Source: Ascidiella aspersa (taxonomy: Eukaryota). Taken from it: a stretch of DNA of 64,000 nt. The position numbers and the translations under genes were made by a program. The DNA lies in NCBI GenBank assembly GCA_963924565.1, contig OZ004609.1, forward strand, positions 30,380,001-30,444,000, given 5' to 3'. Within the stretch, counting starts at the first letter, position 1. Each line of letters opens with the position of its first letter. This document shows positions 25,164 to 36,900 of the stretch, in pieces. The notes under the pieces are model-generated. The model ran no database searches, had not been told where the DNA came from, and was given only the letters and a program-made list of their open reading frames with translations.

Positions 25164-28100
25164 TTATCCTGAATAAAACACAACCCATTTGTTTGTTTTT
25201 TGCAATGCTGGTGAAATTATTTTACCAATAGTGAATTGCAACTTTGACTGTTGTCTGTATCTTAGACAAAAATCCATTCAGCTACTATAATTAAAAAAAA
25301 CGCACAAAGCATTTTGTTGAAAAATCTTGTTATGAAAAACATGTCCACAAATACAGGCAATAAAACGATCTTATTTTAAACTACTCACCCGAAAATGAAT
25401 ATATTAATCTAGGGCATTGGTATCTTGTCACACATTTTCCTTTCTTGTTCTTGTAGTAGTTGGGTTTGCAAGTGCAGCCCGATTTACACTCGGGGTAGCA
25501 TACGCGCCCATAGTTGCAAGTTCGCACGCATCGGTAACAACGTTTGTGTTCCATATTGAGTGGACACGTTGCTGTAATGCAATATATTGCAAAATGTTAC
25601 TAGCTTGTTACTTTTTCATTTTGCTAGACTAGTATTCACCGCAACAAGTGCATTTATATATTCAACCATATGAAGTAGCCTAATATTCAAGGCAGGGATG
25701 AACGTAGAATGATTTTCATACCGGTAAAATTAAAAAAATTGTTACCGAAACGTATAAAAAAGAGACGGCGTCGAAATGTTACGTCCTAACGGTACTACAA
25801 TGTTAAGTTAAATGCAGTTGAGGAAATGGCGGGATGGCCTACGGACCGAAAATGTTTTTTATCGCTGCACCATTCATGGCTTACTTTTAATACTAATTTA
25901 AGGAATATATAGGCCTGCGGACAATCTGTAAGTCGCAGCGCCTACTATTCAAAACTTGATGTTAACCTGTAGCACTTACGCTTGGGGCAGTATACAAAGT
26001 TATTAGGGGTACACATTCCGATCGGCTCACTCCAAACCCATCCCGGCGGACAGCTACACCCTGGCTTGCACGTGTATCCGGGGCAAGGGTTCGAATTTGG
26101 ATTGTACCAGTCGTGGCAAGTTTTCTTGCATGGCGCGCATTTCGGGTAGTAAATTTGCTTGCCAGTACATTCTGAAAGAAAAACCGATTGAAAAAAGCAA
26201 GATTTTTTGGTGAATATCAAGAAAAACGTTTTATTGAATTTGGATTAGCTGTTGTCATTGAAAGCAACTTTTCTTATATATTTTTAGTCTACTCTGCTAG
26301 ACAACGGTTACGTGATCTTTGACCTATCGGAGGCAATTTTGAGAAACAAACTGATAATTGAATTTTTCATGAAGTCAGAAGGAAACCGTGCTTTTAACTT
26401 ACTTTTGGGGCACATATGTGAAAGCACACATTTCTTCCCGTCCCAGTAGTAACCCTTGTATGCGCATTTGCACCCAGGCTTGCAATCTGCCGTACAAGGC
26501 TTGCCAATGTCTTTACAATCGTTGCAACCGACACATTTGTGATAGATCTGACCAGCAGGGCAATCTGTTTAAAAGTTGATTTGGTATATTTTGGGCTAAT
26601 TATTCGATTTTACCAAAAGAAAAGAGTAACAATCTGCTAACTAATTGAGGTAGGCCTAATATGAGCTCGACCCCCCAAAATAGTTAATTTTCGAGTTGTA
26701 AGAGAAAAGAATTGGGCCAAAATCTAATAAAATAAAAGGTTTAAAGTCTTACAATTGGGACATTTCTTCTCCAGAACACATTTGTTTCCGTCCCAGTAGT
26801 AGCCCTTGTATGCACACTTGCATCCAGGCTTGCAATCTGCCGTACAAGGCTTGCCAATGTCCTTACAATCGTTGCAGCCGACACATTTGTGATAGATCTG
26901 ACCAGCGGGGCAATCTGGTTAAATGTTAAGATGGCAAATTTAACGAAATGCAGTTCATTATTTGTTTTCACCGAAAGAAAAAAGTAACAGTCTGCCAAAA
27001 TAATAGGGCTAGGCCTAACTTGAGCAGAACCCTAAAAATACATAACAGTTTGATTTGCAATTTAAAAGAATTGGGCTAGAAACTATATAGCCTAATAGGC
27101 CTATAACGAGTTGTTCAAAGATCTTACAATTCGGACATTTGTTTTCCAAAACACATTTCTTTCCATCCCAGTAGTAACCCTTGTATGCGCATTTGCACCC
27201 AGGTTTGCAATCTGCCGTACAAGGCTTGTCAATGTCTTTACAATCATTGCAACCGACACATTTGTGATAGATCTGACCAGCGGGACAATCTGTTTAAATG
27301 TTGCATCAGTAAATTTAACGAATTGAAGTTGATTATTCGTTTTTTAACGAAAAAAAACAGTAATCAGTCTGCCAAACTAAAAGAGTTAGGTCTAGTATGA
27401 AATGAGCCTAAAGATACTTTACAGTGTGAGTTGCAATTAAAAAATTGGCACCGGAAACTAATATAATGAATTGTTCAAAGGTCTTACAATTGGGACATTT
27501 CTTCTCCAGAACACATTTGTTTCCGTCCCAGTAGTAGCCCTTGTATGCACATTTACATCCAGGCTTGCAATCGGCCGTACAAGGCTTGCTAATGTCTTTA
27601 CAATCGTTGCAACCGACACATTTGTGATAGATCTGACCAGCAGGGCAGTCTGTTTACAAGTTCAATTGGTAAATTTAACGAATTGAAGTTGATTATTCGT
27701 TTTTTATCGAAATAAAAGAGTAATAGTCTGTCAAACAAATAGAGGTAAAACTGAACCCAAAAACTTAATGTTTAAGTTTATATTAAAAAGAATTGAGCCA
27801 GAAACTAATATATTGAATTGTTCAAAGGTCTTACAATTTGGACATTTCTTTTCCAGAACACATTTCTTCCCGTCCCAGTAGTAGCCCTTGTATGCACACT
27901 TGCATCCAGGCTTGCAATCTGCCGAACAAGGCTTGCCAATGTCTTTACAATCGTTGCAACCCACACATTTGTGATAGATTTGACCAGCGGGACAATCTGT
28001 TTAAATGTCGAATCGGTAAATTTAAATAATTTAAGTTGACTATTCGTTTTTCACCAAAAGAAAACAGTAGCCTACCGAATCGGTCTGCCAAACTGATAGA

Positions 28101-29056
28101 GTTAGGCCTACTTTGAGCTGAACCCTAAAAAATAGTTAATAGTTTAAAAGAAACTAATATAATGAATAGTTTGAGGATCTTACAATTTGGGCATTTATTT
28201 TCCAGAACACATTTCTTGCCAGGCGTTTTCTACGATTTGCGATATTTTACCAGCTTTCAAATGGGCAGCCGGGCAAAGTATAAACTCTAATTATTGTGTT
28301 AGTGGTCCCGAGTCGGCTTGTACGTATTAATTTATACGTATGTGAGAAAAACCTACAAAAACTTACATTTAGGGCAATACTCCTTTTCGACGCAGTTATA
28401 GCCGTTTAAATAGTATCCTTTTGGACAAGCGCAGCCTGATTTGCATGCGCACCGGTCGTATGTTCCTACATCCTTGCAGTCAGTTGCACAAGGCTTGCAA
28501 CGGTGGTAGATCTGTCCTCGGGGGCATGCTGCAAACAATGTATATATCTATGTGCCTCTTAACTGCTAAGCGAAATCTTGTGTACACGTTTGAGATAAGC
28601 GCAATCCATCATTGATGAAACTTTTGCCTGCGATCGAAAAACCATACACTCGATCAAAAGAGTTTCGAAGTAAAACTGGTTAAAATAGACCCTTATTTTT
28701 CTAATACGTGCGAAATTATTGGCAGCAGCTTCGCACTGAAAGCAAAAAATCTGTTAAATTTTATTTAGGTTTTGGTGTTTCGTGCTTTATTTTAGCAGAG
28801 GCTGTTTTTTAATAGATTGTATTTTATAAACAACACTCAAGCAACTATTTTCCTCTGATAAATTTGTTCAAATTACCTCAATATAATTGTCAAATTACCC
28901 CCAATGTTAAACTTACCAACAGTTTAAGAACCACTTGATTAAACCTGTAGATGTAAAAAACAGAACTTATAACATTTACTTACTCGGATAATAATATGTC
29001 GCGCTGACCGCAGATAAAACGCTCAACAACAGAAACAGACAAACCAAGGATTTCAT
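25164..29056 (-). CDS. Secreted multi-TIL-domain protein A (signal peptide + 8 TIL domains; putative serine-protease inhibitor)
   Basis: Exons: 29056-28984 (MKSLVCLFLLLSVLSAVSA-TYYYP), 28528-28367, 27996-27835, 27649-27488, 27289-27128, 26914-26753, 26564-26403 (each 162 nt, one 10-Cys TIL), 26171-25980, 25571-25389, and a probable terminal exon 25168-25164 (GA TAA). The alternative end is read-through to TAG at 25383-25381. All introns are phase 1. Confidence 0.88.
26403..28220 (-). repeat. Tandem ~350-375-bp exon+intron repeat (5 full units plus a truncated 6th) within TIL gene A
   Basis: Near-identical 162-nt exons and alignable introns, with donors at 26403, 26753, 27128, 27488, 27835 and 28184. 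Confidence 0.92.
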
Positions 29057-32000
29057 CTTCAGAGGGAATTTTTCTTCTTCGTCTTTCTAGTTGTAGGCGA
29101 CTATGATAAGCTATGCTCGATGTGCATTGCTTTTATGGAAAAGTAATTGCTGATTATTTTATATAACTTAGTGTGACTTGACAAACGAGGGGAATTTCGC
29201 TTGGTTTGTTTGCAGTTGGTTATTCAGAGGTTTGGCCCTCCGGGCAATGACATTGCATTTGTTTTTTCCGTGCATTTAATTGCCTTAATTGTTCAGCCGA
29301 TCATACTGTCGTATAGAATTTTTTCTTTTCTTTCTTCGTGGTAAGAGAAACCTTGACTGACGGCTATAACTAAGTGGATTTTGTTTTAAACACATTTTTT
29401 AATCGCATAAAATGACTATGCTTCCATGTATAATGTCGCTTTAAAAATGACCGTTAGTTTAATTTCAACGCAGTGTTTAAAAACAAAATTTGGGGATCTT
29501 AATATTTTATTATTCTACTTGGCTCCCTAAGGAAGAAATTTTGAAGTTTTGGGAGGAAATTTGTTCCAGGCAGGGATTGGGGAGGAAAACTAGACAAAAA
29601 AAGTTATTTAATCGGCTATGTGGAGGAAAAAGTTATTTAACTCTAATGAGTACTGCTAGTATTGTAAAGAGTCTATTGGGGTCATAATCTAAGTGTATTC
29701 ATTCTTCACAGTTACGACCATTTGAGAAATATAAACCAATGCCAGCCGTTTTTAAATAGATAAAATGAATAACTACGTCATACATTAAAATAAACTCACT
29801 TTCAGACGATTAGCGAATCCAATTTTTGTAACAAGTCTTGGCTTTTGACGCAGATGTGTCTATTGCAGTTTTACATGTTTTGTTTTTAATTTTTCCAACA
29901 GGTTTCATTTTATGTCAGCAGTTTAGATCGAAGTAATAAAATAATAATGTAGATTACTTCATGGTTTTTGATGACGAGGAATTGGCAGTATTTGGGTTTG
30001 TTGTGGAGGAATTTAAAAAAACAACGTTTGTGAGGTTAAGGTTGTCTCGTTCTACACGCGATATAATTAGTTCGGCAATGATTTTGCAGTTTACTTTTTG
30101 AACTCTCATCGCACGCAAATTCGAACGCCGACTTCGCTAATGGTTTTTTCAGCGCCTGCGGATAAATATGGCGGAACGAATGTATTTCCAAACTAATCCG
30201 CGGCTTCTGAATTCATGTAATTCGTGAGTGCAAATTGCAAGTCATTCTATTTTAATACCGAGTCGGATCATTTCTAATTTATTTTTGCAAAAAAGCAAAA
30301 ATTCCCGCCAAGTCGGCATGGCCGTTAAAAGACAAAACAGTTTTGTTTGCGTCAAAAAAACACACCATTCGTTGAACATTCAGAATTGGTTTACATGTAA
30401 TGAACGCCATTGATAAATTGTTTATCAAACAATCGCTTGTGTTGTAAATTTTTGAGAGAAATTCAAGTTTAAATTAAAAGCCAAGGGTCTAAATTTTATT
30501 GTTGGACGCATTTTGAGTCTTTACATTTCTAATACCCAAAATTCATATATTTGTATTTGTTAACGGACGTGTGCAGGTGTGACAAGAATATGTTTTCCGT
30601 AAAATATATTTTGCTTTAGCACCAGAACTTCGTCTTCTAATAATAATCGTGGCGTGACTTCGGGTTAGTTGTGTATTATATATACTCGTAAATTTCCAAT
30701 ATAGCATAAAGTTATTGGTTACATGTCGAGTTTCCTCAGAAGTGTTAAGTAAACGCTTTGATTTTTCACCTTCATCAAATCCGAAGGCCGTTAGACAGGT
30801 ATAAAACTGATCTTAAAATGAAAACTTATAATAAAAAAAAATAAATGATCTTAAGTTGCTGGCTTGTACGGATATTTTTTGTACCGTTCATTGAGCGGAG
30901 CTGTTTGTTTCAAATATTTTTATAAAAAAACAACAAAAAACGTTGAATGCCTTGCATTTCCCGGGCAGTGCAAGGAAACTTCTGTATGAAATTCTTGCAC
31001 TCGCCCGCTATTTTTTGTCTGGTATTTGCGGAAGCAATATTTCGTAAGTGTCGATCGAACCTTAGTATAATTTGGCAAACTGCCTTAGGAATTCGATTTT
31101 TCGAAACATTCCTTATTTTAATTTAACATAGACCACACACCCAACACAAATGTAGTAATGCAATTAAGGCATTCAAAGAGTAAAATCTCGAAAATCTGGA
31201 AGGTTAATCTGATAGTGGTGTTTCTGAGTAAATGACGAAGTAAACATTTGTTTTTTGGGGAATGATTTCTGCATAAAATTGTTTTGGGTTACGAATTGTG
31301 TTTCTCTAAGTCTACATAATAGACAACTTTCATTTAAAAAATAATTTATTACACATATTATTAGCTACACTTTTTTAATTTTACAAAACCAAGTTTCGAT
31401 TATATAACCGGAAAATACTTGGTCGAGTGATTGATTTCAGTACCCTGAAAGCTTTCGGTGTGTAACCGTAATACAACTATAGTTTTATCTTTTTATATAA
31501 AAATAATTGTGTAAAAAGCATGATTTCCCAAAGCAACAATTAATCTGCCGCTAACCATTTTTGATGAATTATTATTATTGATGGATTTGTAATCACTTCC
31601 AAGATAACAAACCCCTAGTTTTGCCCTCCACTGTCGGAGCTTTCGATCAATTTCATATTTAGTAGGCCACTAAAAACATTAGGTATATTGCTGGCTTTTC
31701 AAAACAATTTCAAATTGAAAGTGTTTGCTATGGTGACATTAATTATAAACTCTTTAGTTTATTTGTTAAACAAACTATTATCTTTTAGTCCAATATTTAT
31801 ATTTTTACTTAAAGGATTATCAATACCTATAACATTTTATTATTTTAAGCTTTTTCTAGAAACACTCACTAGGGGGCACGAGGGAATACCCATCCCTCCC
31901 CTCACCTCAAACTAGATGTTTCGTTATTTTTACCCACATAAATAACTTAAAATTTCCCGCTTCGTGCGGATGTTGTATTGATTTTTACTAGTAATGGAAT

Positions 32001-32262
32001 ATAATTCCTTTTCATTAAAGCTGCCGTAATAGCCTTTAGTGCCTCCTAAATCAGCCTCTCTCCAAAATACAAACTATTCTAAGTCAGTTTAGTTATCGCT
32101 TTTGGTTTCGCGTTTTGTGCGAATCGACAACTCTTTGCGATATCTTTATTGTATCGTAAGTAACCCTTCTCCAACTCAAAAAATTAACAGGATAAACGCA
32201 CGTAGTCTTTGTTTTGTTCTCACGTGGTGCCTGTGCCATACAGGTCAACCGTCCTCTTAACT

Positions 32263-33200
32263 CAGGGGCGGGCAAAATACGGCCCGCGATAGGATTTTGA
32301 GCGCCCGCAGACAGTGTTCGGTTTTACGATAATGTGGCCCGCGGCCACAGTCTACCGCAATCCCCAATTACTTTCTTACTACGTCAAATAATAGTGATCG
32401 TTAGTTATTCTTTAGTTTTTGTTTTGGACTCCAGCCATAAGAGTGAAATAAGAACAACATCAACATCACACAGTTCGGAAATAAAACTAACACACAGTAC
32501 GGAATAAGACCAAAATAGGATTAATATTAAATAGTCGTAATACTGTCTAAATTGGAATAAGTCATAAAAAAATAAGACCTAAATGACCAGAATCACTAAC
32601 TCCACTAATAATTTCAACCCTAACCCATTTTCTAACCCCACCCACCGGCCACCAATAACCCAGAACAGGGCCAGAAAATCAGTTGCCAAAAAAGCGGCTT
32701 CAAACCAGGGCGCCCAAAATTCAACACCAAAGCGGCCAATGCCATGGCCCCCATCGTCCCATATCTTCTCCCTACAGTTTCAGACGATGTAGTTATTATT
32801 CTGTTGTATATATGATATTACTGCGTGTTTGGCTTTATTATGTCGTTGATGTTAATACTATGGTATTATTGATTTTTCTGCTTTAGGTGTTGTTGATTTT
32901 TAGGTCTTATTGTTTGTTCCAAATTTAGATTTAGAGTTTACATCAATATTATTCCTTGGATTTTGCCAAGAAACGTAAAGTTTAACAAAGATTGGATGCC
33001 GAAGTACTTTTTTAAGTCGGCAGGAAATAATCAGTTCTTTACAGGGTAATGGAAGTGTTGCCGTGTTTAAAGAGTAGAACATTAGCCGCCATTATGCGAA
33101 AAAAACATGTAGGCCATGGCAGCACAATTAATATATCGATCAGGAATCCGGCCCGCCAAGTACTTCAGTTTCCCATATCAGGCCCGCCGACTGGAGAAGA
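32263..33200. mobile_element. hAT-like non-autonomous element with a probable nested insertion
   Basis: Starts CAGGGGCGGGCAAAATACGGCCCGCG and ends with CGGCCCGCC repeats. The interior (~32400-32950) has inverted AATAAGACCTAAA / TTTAGGTCTTATT arms. Confidence 0.55.
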
Positions 33201-33809
33201 ACTATAAGTGAATGCTCTTTTCGCGCTTTCACTTAAACTTATAGGCGCCATCTCCTTGAATAAATTTAAATCAAATTCCAGTTAAACATTGCGCACCAGT
33301 TCGCTTGGAACAGAAAGTATTTTAAGATTAGGCCTACTTGTATTATAAGTTAACCTTGGGACGTTATCTCTGAAAAAATCCTTGTCTCCCAAGCCGAAAT
33401 ATAAGATCTGCCCAGGCAGCACTCACACAGTCCTTTGGGACATTTTCTTATTGTGTTTCCATGTCTCCTAAATTCTATAGCCGAATTCTCCAAAACATTT
33501 TTTCGGTATTGCTAAATACAGAATATACACAGCTGTTGTTTTATTCACTTGAATACATGTGGATAAATGCGATTAAATGTAGTTACAAGTGTGGAAAGAA
33601 CATCATGTCTTCCAGGTCATATCCATTTCCATCTTTACTTCTGCAAAATACCAGACAACATAAGAAAATAAATACATTACTTAGATTGCCTTTAAAATAT
33701 TATTATATTATTGTAACAATTGTTATTAAAATCAAGAATCAGTTTTTTTGTGCAAAACTAAAGATAAATAACTCAAATAAAAAAAAAATGCTTCATAAAA
33801 ACTTTATTT

Positions 33810-33923
33810 CAACTCAAGGTCAAGTCATTTTGCCCAAAATACTTAAGTCAAGTCAGATTATTTAAAAAATGATTTAATTGCACTTAGTCAAGTCATTGAC
33901 TTGCGTCATTCATTACAACACTG
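33810..33923. mobile_element. GACTTAAGTC-family MITE, right end
   Basis: aagtcaagtca repeats ending in CAACACTG, the reverse complement of the CAGTGTTG terminus. Confidence 0.65.
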
Positions 33924-33971
33924 GTAACCAGTCGGGCGCTTCAGAGATGCACCTAACATTTTTAAACTCAC

Positions 33972-36900
33972 CTAATAGTAATCGTCTTTGCACTCAGATT
34001 GCGTTATGCATTCATGGCCGTCCAAGAACTTGCCAGCGGGACACGCGCATCCGGGTTTGCAAATCCTCGGACAGGGCTTATTCACGTTCAAGTCGTGGCA
34101 CGTCTTGTTGCATGGAGTACATTCCCACCACACCTGCTCGTACGGACAGCCTATAGTCGAAAAAAAACGATTCCATTAGTGATTTCCAAAATATGTGCCT
34201 CGGTACACTAGTGTGCCACGAGAGATTGTCAAGTGTGCCGCGAAACTGTTTTGTAATTTTGGAAAATAAGTTATTTGCATTACCAATTAAATGTGCACTA
34301 GTCATTACAAATTAACAAAATTGAGTCATTTACATATAGTTTGTCGTATGTTAAGGCGATTGTAAAGTTAGCATATTGTTGTTCTGGTCAAAGTGTGCCG
34401 TCAAATATTTAAGATTTTTTTAGTGTGCCGCAAGCTAAAAAAGTTTGACAACCACTGCATTAACCGGGACCAAGATTCAGGTGCGTTGGGCTGTTTCACA
34501 AAAAGTAACAACATTAAAGGTATAGGGCGAAACGATTTAAAATCTCAATGTCGTTTATGGTTTCAATGTCGTTTATGGTTTCAGTAGAAATGACATAAGT
34601 TATATGAGCCGTAATTAAAAAATAAAATGTTTTCAGGCCATTACAAAGATACTCGCCTTTATGCGCATTGTAAGAAATTACTTTTAAACAAACGTAAAAT
34701 ATTATTGTAGTTTAATATAGAATAAATAACTTTTGTAACCTTCTTTTCCCCTAAATGAAGGGGTTACAGGTTACAGTTATTTATAATCATAAATCGGTTT
34801 AAGTTTAAAAACAAATGTAAATACTCTTTATATTTCCGGGGTATATAACTGCGAAAAATACATTTTTTTACTCTCATAAAAACTCGCCAATTTCAAATTC
34901 CCTCGTTTATAATACTGTTAACAATAAAAACGGTGACTTTGCGGGAGAAAAGATGTAAAGCAAAATTTTTTAAGTCTCACTTGTTTTGCATTGATCCTCG
35001 GTTACGCATTCGTATTTATTATAGTCCCAGTAGGTGCTGTTGGCGCACGCGCAACCGGGCTTGCATTCCTTGGTGCAGGTTTTGTTGCTCAAAACATCTT
35101 TGCATTTAAGGTGGCAGGGAAGGCATTGTTGGTAGGCAAGTCCATCGTAGCACCCTGTGAAGCAGAGCAAATGATCGTGTTACGTGGTTTGGATTTCCAA
35201 TATCAATATTTTAATAGATAAATGAAACTCTCAAGGTATACTCACTTATTTCTACTACTACCAGCTTGTCAAAACTAAAATATTTGTAGTTTTCTTTACG
35301 AAATCACCTTATATTATGTGTATTTCAGATCCCTTTCTTATCGACATTTTGGAGCTATTTCCAATAATTTTTGCTTTGAAACACTGATTTTTGCTTTGAA
35401 ATAAATTTATTCATTTTGTATGTTTGATGACCCAAGGCTATACGTAATAATATATAGTACAAAGGGTAATCGATCGCCAAGAGACGCTGTTATTTGATAT
35501 TTAGGTTAATTTTGGCGATAAAAGTCACATATGTTTCAGCGTGCACCCTAAAGAAATAACCCCCGGTATTTCTTCCATGCACTTCCACGTTACCATGTCT
35601 AAAACCAGGTTAAAAATCAAACTGTTTGATTTTTACCGTGACTATGTCACATCGTTCTTGGTTAAATAACAAGCGTTCCAAAAATTACCCAAACAAATTG
35701 GGAAAATACGGAAAAATACAAGCCAAACATATTGACTTACGTAGTAAGAATATCATAGCTCATACAGAAGTGGTAACATTTGTCCAAATACCTCCAACCA
35801 TTATGCTCCTTAATATCCACTTACGTTCTTTGCACTGCTGTTTAGTGAGGCATTTGCCATCGTCCCAGTAGGATCCCACCGGACAAGCGCAGCCAGGTCG
35901 ACAAATCGCAAAGCAGGGCTCGTTAGAATCCAAGTCGTCGCAATCCGTCGCACACGGAACGCACTCGTGATGGACCAGGCCTGCTTTGCATTCTTTTAAA
36001 ACATTAATACGATTAAGACCTAAAAATGAATCCCTGTTTGCTAATGCATGGGAACAGTTTTATTTGATTGATTAATAGATTGGACGGGCCAGTTGGTGCT
36101 CGTTCTTTTTGTTGGCCCTCACTTAAGAACCATTTTTTCAGGGTAAAATTAATTCGGACCAATTACCAATTGTTGTAAGTAATTTTTAGGCCTAATGACT
36201 TAAGTCCAAATCAAGTCACTTTTAAAAGCACTCAAGTCCAAGTAAAGTTGTTTTGAATAAATACCAAGTCAGGTCCCAGTCAACTCCTAGTCATAAAAAT
36301 TTAACGTTAAACTATAAAAAAATGATAAACTCGTCCGATTGATCAATAACTCAACTAAAAACTAATACAAACGCATAGTATAGCAAAGAAATTGTTTTAT
36401 GGGCAAAACTTAAGATGAAAGTCAAATCAAGTCATTTTACCCAAATGACTTCAGTCAAGTTAAATCGATTAAAAACATTGACTTAAGTCATTAGAATACT
36501 GCAATTACCCGAATTGTTTTTTGTCAGTATAGCTTTTTTCATATGCGACGTAAAAACACAGCCTAAACCTTACGTATTGGACACTGGTAGCGACGGACAC
36601 ACTTCATTCCGTTCCAATAGCGCCCTTTCGGACATTTGCATCCGGGTTTGCACAATCTCGGGCAGGGCTTGCCAATATCGCTGCAGTTTGTGCACCCCAC
36701 GCATTCGGAGTACATCTGGCCAGGAGGACAGGCTGCAGAAACAGTTTGGAATTAATGCACATTCCACTACTGTATAGGTGGAAAAACAATAATGCTATTA
36801 TTTTATTGTTTGCAACTTACTATATAGAAACACTACTAAACACTGAATAACACGAAAATCATCGTTTATGTAAATGCCTATTTATATTAAAATGTTATAT

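Noticed and set aside
26388-28039. Repeated + strand ORFs, and the regular spacing as a possible CRISPR-like array
   Set aside because: These are antisense shadows of duplicated TIL exons. The units are ~360-bp exon+intron duplications in a eukaryotic gene, not repeat-spacer arrays.
32620-32645. AACCCTAACCC as an interstitial telomere or telomerase template
   Set aside because: Under two repeat units and embedded in a transposon-like element.
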